Below, one piece after another: positions 1 through 7,706 of a stretch of DNA of 18,120 bases. The notes beneath the pieces are model-generated. The model was not told where the DNA came from. It did no database searches and worked only from the letters and a program-made list of their open reading frames with translations. Position numbers and translations under genes: made by a program. Origin of the DNA: an uncultured archaeon (lineage in GTDB: Archaea > Asgardarchaeota > Thorarchaeia > Thorarchaeales > Thorarchaeaceae); assembly GCA_964458565.1 (NCBI GenBank), contig CAYWJO010000052.1:4156-22275 (forward strand), in the 5' to 3' direction. The stretch's first letter is position 1, and the number at the start of each line of letters is the position of its first letter.

Positions 1-477
1 GATCTTGAATAATCTGGAAGAAATTGATTTTCCGTTGCCTTTGTTATCTATATCAAAGGAACTCAATTTCCATAACTCCAATTATACAATAAAATTAGTT
101 ATTTTATTCCTAATGAATTTAAGTTGAATATACACTATCTAATCCAAATTTGAGTAACGCTGATAGATGGGGGAATATATCCAAATTCATCTTATATCTA
201 AATTTTCTCCGTATAGTAGTAGGTGGCTAAGAAGCAAAGATGGTTGAAAATCTCTCTCTCCGTCGATGTCTCGCGCCACCGCCATTCTCTATGTATATGA
301 GAATTTCATTATTTTTGACTCAAATTCCTCTATCTAAACTATAGTACTACATCTAACGATGAGATTCAGTTATGTCCTAAGGTAAGTTTTACCAGTTGAT
401 TTGAATGGAAATATTTCACTTAGATATCCTATACATTTAGAAGGGTAGATATTGAAACGGATTCTCTGTGATCTGAT

Positions 478-1506
478 ATGAGCAATCCAATCGAAAAGGC
501 TCGAGTCCTATTTATTTGGAATGTTCCAGAGCGGTTGAAGAATTACCTTGAAGAAGGTCTTAGTGACGTACCTAACCTCGAGCTAGTCTTCCCCGATGAA
601 GGGCAAGAAGACAAATATCCCGAAATGGCAAAATCAGCAGATGTTGTTGTTGGTTGGAGACCTATCGCAGGATTAATTGAAGATGCATCAAGAATCAAGC
701 TCTTTATCAATCCAGGTGCGGGAGTTCAACATCATATCAGTCGATTTAGAGAACTAGCTAAAACTAGAAAAATTACACTTGTGAATGGTCATGGAAATAC
801 ATACTTCACAGGGCAGCATGCAGTTGCTTTGCTCTTGACTCTTATGAACAAAATTATCCCTCATCACAACTGGATGAGAGAGGGAAAATGGAGAACCGGG
901 GATTCAGATGCAATATCAACACCGTTACGAAATATGAGAATTGGTTTTCTTGGTTATGGAGCAGTCAATTCAAAGGTTCATAGATTTCTCGCTAACTTTG
1001 ATGTTGATTTTTCGATTCTGAAAAGAGATTGGAATAGAAAAATTGTTACACCGACAGAATTTACAAGTTTCTCATCAGATGAATTAATTGAGTTTCTCGA
1101 ATATATAGACATTCTATTCATTGCAGTTCCTCAAACAGAAAAAACTGAAGGATTAATCGGGAAAGCCCAGCTTGAAGCACTTGGCTCTGATAGCATTTTA
1201 GTAAATATCGCACGTGGTCCTGTAGTGGACGAAGCAAGCTTGTACTTTGCTCTCAAAGATGGAATAATAGCAGGTGCTGCGATTGACGTGTGGTATAATT
1301 ATCAACCAGACTATAATGAAGAGGGTAGAAAGTACCCTTACAGTTATCCGTTCCATGAATTGGAGAATGTGGTACTATCGCCACATAGGGGAGCTTCACC
1401 GATGAATGACCTTCTAAGATGGAATGAGGTAATTGAGAATATACGTAGATTTGCTGAAGGTCGAACTGACTTTCTAAATATAGTAGATCCTGAACGAGGG
1501 TACTAG
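478..1506 (+). CDS. D-isomer-specific 2-hydroxyacid dehydrogenase family protein (NAD(P)-dependent)
   Basis: 342-aa ORF with a Rossmann motif variant IGFLGYGAVN, VPQTEKTEGLIG, LVNIARGPVVDE (catalytic Arg), GAAIDVW and VLSPHRG (catalytic His), all typical of the family. Confidence 0.9.
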   Translation: MSNPIEKARVLFIWNVPERLKNYLEEGLSDVPNLELVFPDEGQEDKYPEMAKSADVVVGWRPIAGLIEDASRIKLFINPGAGVQHHISRFRELAKTRKITLVNGHGNTYFTGQHAVALLLTLMNKIIPHHNWMREGKWRTGDSDAISTPLRNMRIGFLGYGAVNSKVHRFLANFDVDFSILKRDWNRKIVTPTEFTSFSSDELIEFLEYIDILFIAVPQTEKTEGLIGKAQLEALGSDSILVNIARGPVVDEASLYFALKDGIIAGAAIDVWYNYQPDYNEEGRKYPYSYPFHELENVVLSPHRGASPMNDLLRWNEVIENIRRFAEGRTDFLNIVDPERGY

Positions 1507-1525
1507 CAATGTAGGCGAGCCGACA

Positions 1526-1546
1526 ACTTAAGTACAGGAGTCCTGT
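1526..1546 (+). promoter_or_regulatory. TATA-like box (CTTAAGTA) followed by palindrome ACAGGA-G-TCCTGT, putative operator
   Basis: Perfect 6-1-6 palindrome at 1534-1546 directly after a TATA-like element, upstream of SD GAGGAG (1559-1564) and ATG 1570. Confidence 0.4.
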
Positions 1547-1569
1547 TAATGTCCATTTGAGGAGTGCAT

Positions 1570-2445
1570 ATGGAAATCAAAAGAATTGGTGATAGAGGTG
1601 CTATCTTCACTTTCAAAGATCCATACTTCACAAACTCATTTGTTATAACTACAAATGAGCAAATCATCATCTGTGATACTTTTTGTGGGCCTGATTCAAT
1701 GAAAGAAATAAGAAAATTCATTGAGCAGGATAAAGGTCTGGTACGACAACTTGTGATTTTTAATTCTCACTATCATTACGATCATATCTGGGGAAATTGC
1801 GAGTTTCCTGATGAGAGTATTTATGCACATTCTTTATGCTATAATAAAATCCTCGAGAATGGTGAGCGGGATTTGAAATCTCATGCTAAACATACAAGGG
1901 GGGAAGTGAAACTTACTTTACCAAACCAGCTCTTTACTTCAAACGTTTTGTTTGATGATGGTAGAATTATGTTATTTCATTCGCCAGGGCATACAATAGA
2001 TTCATCATCCTGCATAGACTATGAAGATGGTGTTCTTTTTGTAGGTGACAATGTTGAAACACCATTTCCCTATATCTATGATTCAGATATTGATCAATAC
2101 ATTGCCACACTAGTGGAATATGTATCAATGGATTGGAAGTATCTCGTAGCAGGACACGATCCTCTGATGCTGGATGCAAGGCTTATTGAATCAAATATTG
2201 ATTATCTAGAGCAATTAAGGGATTGGGAGGTCAATCTTGTAGATTTGGATAGAAGAAATCGAAGTCACCATATTATGAACCTAGCATTTCTAACCAAATC
2301 ACTAGAGAGAAATGAGATTGAGGAACATATGGAACAGAGAATGCATGAGGCTATTGAATTCTTAGATTCATTAGATTCAAGTGAAACAATTGAACAGTTA
2401 AAAGCTGCTTTCAATCAACAACTATCAGAGGAGTATGGTAGTTGA
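1570..2445 (+). CDS. MBL-fold metallo-hydrolase (cyclase/glyoxalase II-like)
   Basis: HxHxDH motif SHYHYDHIWGN, plus SPGHT, FVGDN and AGH. Start moved from GTG 1564 to ATG 1570 because of SD GAGGAG. Confidence 0.88.
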   Translation: MEIKRIGDRGAIFTFKDPYFTNSFVITTNEQIIICDTFCGPDSMKEIRKFIEQDKGLVRQLVIFNSHYHYDHIWGNCEFPDESIYAHSLCYNKILENGERDLKSHAKHTRGEVKLTLPNQLFTSNVLFDDGRIMLFHSPGHTIDSSSCIDYEDGVLFVGDNVETPFPYIYDSDIDQYIATLVEYVSMDWKYLVAGHDPLMLDARLIESNIDYLEQLRDWEVNLVDLDRRNRSHHIMNLAFLTKSLERNEIEEHMEQRMHEAIEFLDSLDSSETIEQLKAAFNQQLSEEYGS

Positions 2446-3201
2446 ATGAATGCTAAGAGCGCTATTGTAAGACCTCCGGGACAGAGTTATTGTGATTGCA
2501 TCTCATCACATCCAGATAGATACAGAATCAGTCTGCGCAAGGCAATTATGCAACATGAGCAGTATCGTAAGACTTTGGCTGAACTTGGTTTAGAACTAAT
2601 CATACTTCCACCAGAAGATGATATGCCGGATTCCTGTTTTGTAGAAGATACCGCAATCATCGATGGCAAAAAAGCAATTCTCACAAGACCGGCATTAGAA
2701 GCGCGACGGAAAGAAGTAAGTAGCATTCAGGATGTGATTAGTGAATATTTCGAAATTTTTCATATTGCTGAACCAGCTACATTAGAAGGGGGAGATGTGT
2801 TTCTAACTCTGAAAGAAGTTGTATGTGGAGTTACTAAGAGGACAAATATGAAAGGAGCCTCGTGTCTTGCTAGAATTCTGAACCGACTCCTGATAGGCAT
2901 CGAAGATTCATCAATAGTTCATTTGAAATCGTATGTAACCTATCTTGGTGATTCAAAGTTAATAGCAACCAAAGAATATGCAAACAATCCTGCCTTTGAG
3001 AAATTTGAAATCCTACAGGTTTCAGAGGAGGAGAAATATTCAGCAAATACATTATTGATAAATGATACAGTGCTGATTCCTGATAATCATCCGAAGACTG
3101 AACTCATGTTGAGAGATAATGGTTTCAATGTAGAATCCATAAATGTTAGCGAGTTCCAAAAATGTGAAGGAGCATTGACTTGTTTGTCATTAATTTTCTA
3201 G
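2446..3201 (+). CDS. ddaH: N(G),N(G)-dimethylarginine dimethylaminohydrolase-like amidinohydrolase (pentein superfamily)
   Basis: Motifs PDSCFVEDTA, LEGGDV, HLKS, ANTL.IN and SEFQKCEGALTCLS supply the Asp/Glu/His/Cys catalytic set of DDAH. Starts immediately after the upstream stop. Confidence 0.85.
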   Translation: MNAKSAIVRPPGQSYCDCISSHPDRYRISLRKAIMQHEQYRKTLAELGLELIILPPEDDMPDSCFVEDTAIIDGKKAILTRPALEARRKEVSSIQDVISEYFEIFHIAEPATLEGGDVFLTLKEVVCGVTKRTNMKGASCLARILNRLLIGIEDSSIVHLKSYVTYLGDSKLIATKEYANNPAFEKFEILQVSEEEKYSANTLLINDTVLIPDNHPKTELMLRDNGFNVESINVSEFQKCEGALTCLSLIF

Positions 3202-3287
3202 GCAATCTCTGTGTCATTGAGCACACAAGCGGGTTAAATTGGGATTGAGATATATTATTCACACCAATCGTGTAGGAAGAAATAGCA

Positions 3288-3581
3288 TTGAGTAACAATG
3301 AATCTGCCTGTATGGTGTCCTCTTCCAAAGTTTCATCTATTAGACGTTCGCGTTTCAGAATAGCAGGTGTTCTTCTATTTGTCACGATTAGCCTAGGGGC
3401 TATCGGTGTGACCTCGACTTCACCCATGTTTTCTTTTCAGGAAACCAGTCCAAGCAACACCCTCGAAGAAAATAACGAAGATCCCGTCAATTCTATCGTG
3501 CCACTTCCGCGAATAGAGGTGTATACTGATATCCCCTTACCTCCGGAGGTGATTGATGGAACAGTATTTCCGCAACCTTGA
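3288..3581 (+). CDS. small membrane-anchored or secreted hypothetical protein
   Basis: Basic segment (RRSRFR), hydrophobic helix (IAGVLLFVTISLGAIGV), then an acidic Pro-rich tail. Fills the gap between ddaH and the convergent gene; TATA-like element near 3250. Start may be ATG 3312. Confidence 0.55.
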   Translation: MSNNESACMVSSSKVSSIRRSRFRIAGVLLFVTISLGAIGVTSTSPMFSFQETSPSNTLEENNEDPVNSIVPLPRIEVYTDIPLPPEVIDGTVFPQP

Positions 3582-3584
3582 TGG

Positions 3585-4433
3585 TTATACCTCTTCGAAT
3601 TCGTCCATGCGCAATGTTAGTTTTCTAGGATTAGCAAGAAGACTTGCTTCATATCTATGAAGCTGGGGAACATGTTTTCCCTTCGCCCATTTCTTTAGAC
3701 CAGAATCAATCTTACTCTTGATTTGGTCCCTGAATCTTAACATGACTGCAAAACATTGAAGAATTCGACAAAACCATTCATTCTCTGCAAGAACAGGATC
3801 TTGGATTTTCACAACAAACTCGCCCCCAATATCCCCTAATTTGCTATCAATTTCCGCAACTTTTAGTCCCCCATTTAATCGTAGAACATTATAATCTGTA
3901 CCAGCTGAAACTCGTTTCCTTTCAATCCTAAAAGATTCAAATGTGTTCTCAGGTCCAAGTATGTAGAATGCAAAATTCTCCATTCCTAATGATCCTCGAT
4001 AAAGCTGACGAACATAGGTTATAATCTCAGATTCTTTGGTGATGACGCAGAAAGAAGTTATTGGTAATCCTGATGTATAGCTGAATGTATACTCTTCACC
4101 AACCATCTCCTCCAAAGTTGCAATCCAACCACCCTTGTTTGAAAATAGCTTGATAACAAGACGTTTGTCTAAGGGGTCATCAGGATTCCATAGAGAATTT
4201 CGGATGATGATGAAACCGGTCTTTTCCAGATTAGGAAGGTCTTCTTTATGATGCGAACGTTGCGCCTCCTCAATCTTCCCAATTATCTCTGCATCTCTGC
4301 TATATTGGCGGCTTTTTGCTCTCCACATTTCTGCTTGTCGCACTCCTAATTCATCACCATGCAAATCTGTTGCATAGAGATCTTGTGCGAAAACACGGTA
4401 GGTGGGTCCAACTTTTCTTTCGTCGTCTGGCAA
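3585..4433 (-). CDS. hypothetical protein, possible Tubby-C/LURP-one/scramblase-like beta-barrel
   Basis: 282-aa ORF with TTG start. A run of beta-strand-like segments ends in KVAEIDSKLGDIGGEFVVKI followed by a hydrophobic helix (FCRILQCFAVML). CDS is confident; the fold is inference. Confidence 0.7.
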   Translation of the reverse strand: MPDDERKVGPTYRVFAQDLYATDLHGDELGVRQAEMWRAKSRQYSRDAEIIGKIEEAQRSHHKEDLPNLEKTGFIIIRNSLWNPDDPLDKRLVIKLFSNKGGWIATLEEMVGEEYTFSYTSGLPITSFCVITKESEIITYVRQLYRGSLGMENFAFYILGPENTFESFRIERKRVSAGTDYNVLRLNGGLKVAEIDSKLGDIGGEFVVKIQDPVLAENEWFCRILQCFAVMLRFRDQIKSKIDSGLKKWAKGKHVPQLHRYEASLLANPRKLTLRMDEFEEV

Positions 4434-4440
4434 GAATTAC

Positions 4441-4501
4441 ACACTCACTCTATTATAGCGTGAAGCAGTGCTCATATATGTTCGTTATTATAGAGGAGTG
4501 T
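4441..4501. promoter_or_regulatory. mirror-symmetric divergent promoter (imperfect 20-bp inverted repeat containing two TATA boxes)
   Basis: ACACTCACTCTATTATAGCG (4441-4460) versus the reverse complement of 4483-4501, ACACTC-CTCTATAATAACG: 17 matches, 2 mismatches, 1 indel. Confidence 0.6.
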
Positions 4502-4514
4502 TGGTCGATATACT

Positions 4515-5468
4515 ATGAAACTCGGCGAAATTTACAAGATGATTGTGGATATGGGAATCAAAGCTGATCCACGAGGAGACCAGAGAATTAAGGAAATCTT
4601 GGAGAAATCCAAGAAAGAGTATGAAAAACTCGAAGGTATCAAGAAAGAGCTTGCTGATCAAGACATGATATGGAATCCATATACAGATTGTAGAATCTTG
4701 AATGGAGATCATGATACAGAGATTGGCAGTGTTCTGGCTGGTGTTGATATCACACCAGGTGAGATTGTACTTGCTGATCGATTGGGTGATAAAGGGAATA
4801 AGATTGACCTTGTGATGGCACATCATCCACATGGTATTGGAACTTCTAACCTAGATGTCGTTATGAAGCTTCAACCAGAACAATGGGCAAAGCTAGGTGT
4901 TCCAATAGCTCAAGCTGAGTCAGCCATGGCTAAGAGACTGAAGGAGGTCCATTGGGCCACAAAACCTAGAAATCACACTCAGACTATTGATGCAGCTAAA
5001 CTCATTGATATGCCATTTATGTGCGCTCATACTCCTGCAGATTCTCTTGGATATCAGTATCTTACGAAATACCTGAAAGAAAAAGATCCATACACTCTTG
5101 GAGACCTTGTTGATGTTTTACTTGAGGTACCCGAGTATCAAGCAGCTCAGAGGTACGGAGCAGGTCCAGAGATTCTTATTGGAAGCAAAGATGGAACTTG
5201 CGGCGATAAGTTTGTGTTCTTTACAGGAGGGACAAGTCCCGGACCAGAAGCCATTCCGAAGTTGTCTCGAGCAGGTGTGAGTACAATAATCACAATGCAT
5301 TGGACAGACGCACTGAAGAAGGTTACAGAAGAAGAGGGTATGTATGTCGTTATTGCGGGACATGACAGTTCAGACTCAATTGGAATGAACTTGATTTTGG
5401 ATGAGCTGGAAAAGAAGGGAGTAAGAACATACGCATGCTCGGGAATATTTCGACATAGTAGACTATAA
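4515..5468 (+). CDS. NIF3 (NGG1p-interacting factor 3)/DUF34-like dinuclear metal-binding protein
   Basis: Motifs NPYTDCRIL, AGVD, AHHPHG, CAHTPAD, TGGT, TMH and AGHDSSDSIGMN fit the ~320-aa NIF3-like clade. Confidence 0.82.
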   Translation: MKLGEIYKMIVDMGIKADPRGDQRIKEILEKSKKEYEKLEGIKKELADQDMIWNPYTDCRILNGDHDTEIGSVLAGVDITPGEIVLADRLGDKGNKIDLVMAHHPHGIGTSNLDVVMKLQPEQWAKLGVPIAQAESAMAKRLKEVHWATKPRNHTQTIDAAKLIDMPFMCAHTPADSLGYQYLTKYLKEKDPYTLGDLVDVLLEVPEYQAAQRYGAGPEILIGSKDGTCGDKFVFFTGGTSPGPEAIPKLSRAGVSTIITMHWTDALKKVTEEEGMYVVIAGHDSSDSIGMNLILDELEKKGVRTYACSGIFRHSRL

Positions 5469-5470
5469 TC

Positions 5471-5512
5471 ATGTTTAGAGCCCTTCTCTAGAAGGGTCTC
5501 TAGACATATTTT
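5471..5512 (+). terminator. long stem-loop immediately after the NIF3-like stop codon
   Basis: ATGTTTAGAG-CCCTTC-tcta-GAAGGG-t-CTCTAGACAT forms a 16-bp stem (one G-U, one bulge), followed by ATTTT. Confidence 0.6.
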
Positions 5513-5522
5513 GATTGCCTAA

Positions 5523-5540
5523 CGAAATAGTTCTATTTCG
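5523..5540. repeat. perfect palindrome CGAAATAG-TT-CTATTTCG
   Basis: 8-2-8 inverted repeat read directly from the sequence, in a convergent intergenic region. Confidence 0.6.
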
Positions 5541-5676
5541 GATAAAATTAGGTTGTTTGTAACCCGAGATACCAAATCAGTCTGCTTTGTAGTATTTAAT
5601 TCATTCAGGTTGTTTATTCTATCGGAGTAATAGCTATTATTGCATGTAAGGGATATCGAATTATAAAAGGTTCAAC

Positions 5677-5713
5677 AAGGGAGAAAAAGGAGGAAGATTG
5701 GATAGACCTCCTT
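5677..5713 (-). terminator. hairpin plus pyrimidine tract downstream of the flavin-binding protein gene
   Basis: Minus strand reads AAGGAGG-N13-CCTCCTT followed by TTTCTCCCTT, 14 nt after the stop at 5728. Confidence 0.5.
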
Positions 5714-5727
5714 CAAGTCTTTGTAAA

Positions 5728-6177
5728 TTAATCATCTTTAATCGAAATTATTTTGACATCTTCAAATTCATCAACAATGTATATCTTATTGGCAAAGACT
5801 CTCATCATAGCTGTATCAGGGGACTCGACAAACTCACGAAGATATGGATGCTTCTCAAGGAGGATGCGACTCAATCGCACCATATCCTTAGTTCTTATAT
5901 CCTCAACACTTCCCACAATTGTAACAGATGTTGTTTTACGAAAATCAGAAGGTTTGTTCTCCCTGTTATCAATGAGAATAGACACACTAGGATTTGCAAT
6001 CATATTACGGTATTTCAAACGCTCTCTTTTAGTGGCAAATACAATATCTCGGAAACCTTCAGTGACGGCAAAGGAAACAAGACAGCTATATGATTTTCCC
6101 TGATTCGATGTACTTAATACAGCAGTAATTTGGTCATCTAAAAGATTCATAACTCTTGCTTTGAGATCATCAGACAT
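5728..6177 (-). CDS. pyridoxamine 5'-phosphate oxidase-like flavin-binding split-barrel protein
   Basis: AVLST...YSCLVSFA, IVFAT, KYRNMIANPSVSILIDNR pattern. Start overlaps the aspA stop (TAATG). Confidence 0.85.
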   Translation of the reverse strand: MSDDLKARVMNLLDDQITAVLSTSNQGKSYSCLVSFAVTEGFRDIVFATKRERLKYRNMIANPSVSILIDNRENKPSDFRKTTSVTIVGSVEDIRTKDMVRLSRILLEKHPYLREFVESPDTAMMRVFANKIYIVDEFEDVKIISIKDD

Positions 6178-7634
6178 TAGGTATCATTCTCCTTTTCATC
6201 CAGTTTCTTTGAATGGTCGTGACTGAGAATTCCAGCTCCGGTCATATGAGAAGGGGATAGAAGCTTATCAAGTAGTTCCTCATTAATCAAATCTTCCTCC
6301 AACACTAATTCACGAACTGAGCGTCGGGTTTCCAAAGCTTTCTTAGCAATCCGGGTTGCAGCTTTATATCCGATGATAGGATTCAATGCTGTGACAACTC
6401 CTACACTCTTATGAACGACATTCAATCCCTCTTCATTAGGCATTATACCTCGAACACATCTGTCTGCAAATATTGGCATTGCGTTTTTCAGGACTTTCAA
6501 TGCCTGAAAGAAATTATAAGCAATTACTGGTTCAAAAGCGTTGAGCTCAAGCTGTCCTGATTGAGCTGCCATTGATATCACTGTGTCATGTCCAATTACT
6601 TGGAAGGCACATTGAGTGACCATTTCTGGTATTACTGGATTAATCTTACCAGGCATAATACTTGAACCAGGTTGTACAGGAGGTAATATGATCTCTTTGA
6701 ACCCGCCAATTGGACCTGAGGAAAGCAATATCAAATCCCCACAGATTTTTGCTAAGTTTGTGGCAAGAACTCGAAGGAGTGCAGAGGCATGAACAAATTC
6801 ATCGGAGTTCTGAGTGTCATCAATCAGATTTTCAGCAGTAACAAGATTGGTGAGTCCTGTGACTTCTTTTAGATGCTTTTCAGCGAGCTGGATGTATTCA
6901 GGGTCCGCATTCAATGAGGTGCCAATTGCTGTAGCTCCAATATTGTGAGTCTTAAGAACATCTATTGCTAGACCGATTCTGAGAAGGTCTCGTTTCAACC
7001 CACCAGACCAAGCTGAAAACGCCTGTCCCAATGTTATCGGAATGGCATCCTGCATTTCGGTGCGACCAAGTTTCAGTAAATCTTTGAATTCCTCAGATTT
7101 GGTGTCTATTGCAAGTATCAAATCTTCTAATGCAGACAACAAGTCTCTGAGACCAAAAATAGTAGCAATTTTGATTGCTGTTGGATAGACATCATTTGTA
7201 CTCTGCGACATGTTGACATGATCATTTGCCGAGATGGGTTTCATAGAATTACGCTCATGACCAAGTATCTCATTAGCTCGAGAAGCAATAACCTCGTTAG
7301 CATTCATATTCGTGGATGTACCTGCGCCACCCTGAAGCATATCAACAATGAATTGATCATGTAGCCTCCCCCCAATTATCTCATCACATACTTGGCATAT
7401 TGCTTCAGCATAGATTTCATGGAGATGTCCTAAATCACGATTTGCCAAAGCACAAGCTTTCTTTACCATTGCCATTGATATGATTAGCATGGAGTAGGCT
7501 GAGAGGGAAACACGAGAAACAGCAAAATTCTCCATAGCTCTTAAAGTTTGAACACCCCAATAGTAATCCTTCCGAATTAGTCTGGGGCCTAGAAGATCAC
7601 TTTCTTCTCTATATTCTTTCATTTTCTCGGACAT
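6177..7634 (-). CDS. aspA: aspartate ammonia-lyase (aspartase)
   Basis: YWGVQTLRAMENF, QGGAGTSTNMNANE (aspartase-type, not fumarase QTGSGT), SQSTNDVYPT and the signature GSSIMPGKINPVIPE. Start set at ATG 7634 (GGTGAT and TTTTATAA upstream). Confidence 0.92.
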   Translation of the reverse strand: MSEKMKEYREESDLLGPRLIRKDYYWGVQTLRAMENFAVSRVSLSAYSMLIISMAMVKKACALANRDLGHLHEIYAEAICQVCDEIIGGRLHDQFIVDMLQGGAGTSTNMNANEVIASRANEILGHERNSMKPISANDHVNMSQSTNDVYPTAIKIATIFGLRDLLSALEDLILAIDTKSEEFKDLLKLGRTEMQDAIPITLGQAFSAWSGGLKRDLLRIGLAIDVLKTHNIGATAIGTSLNADPEYIQLAEKHLKEVTGLTNLVTAENLIDDTQNSDEFVHASALLRVLATNLAKICGDLILLSSGPIGGFKEIILPPVQPGSSIMPGKINPVIPEMVTQCAFQVIGHDTVISMAAQSGQLELNAFEPVIAYNFFQALKVLKNAMPIFADRCVRGIMPNEEGLNVVHKSVGVVTALNPIIGYKAATRIAKKALETRRSVRELVLEEDLINEELLDKLLSPSHMTGAGILSHDHSKKLDEKENDT

Positions 7635-7706
7635 GGGAATCACCATTGGGTATTATAAAATGAAATTACATAAGACAACAAGAACTCTTCGGCGTGGCAT
7701 AGAGAA

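Noticed and set aside
2-127. Possible C-terminal ORF tail ILNNLEEIDFPLPLLSISKELNF...
   Set aside because: Only 41 codons with no recognisable motif; cannot be supported.
211-285. tRNA or tRNA-derived att site (GGTTGAAAATC..., ...CCACCGCCA)
   Set aside because: No cloverleaf can be built, and the T-loop and D-loop consensus are missing.
380-470. Archaeal replication origin (ORB) in the AT-rich leader
   Set aside because: No TCCA-GTGGAAAC-type box with a G-string, and no cdc6/orc1 nearby.
2443-2448. TGA read-through fusing the MBL hydrolase to DDAH
   Set aside because: Both proteins are complete on their own; in-frame abutment occurs by chance in compact operons.
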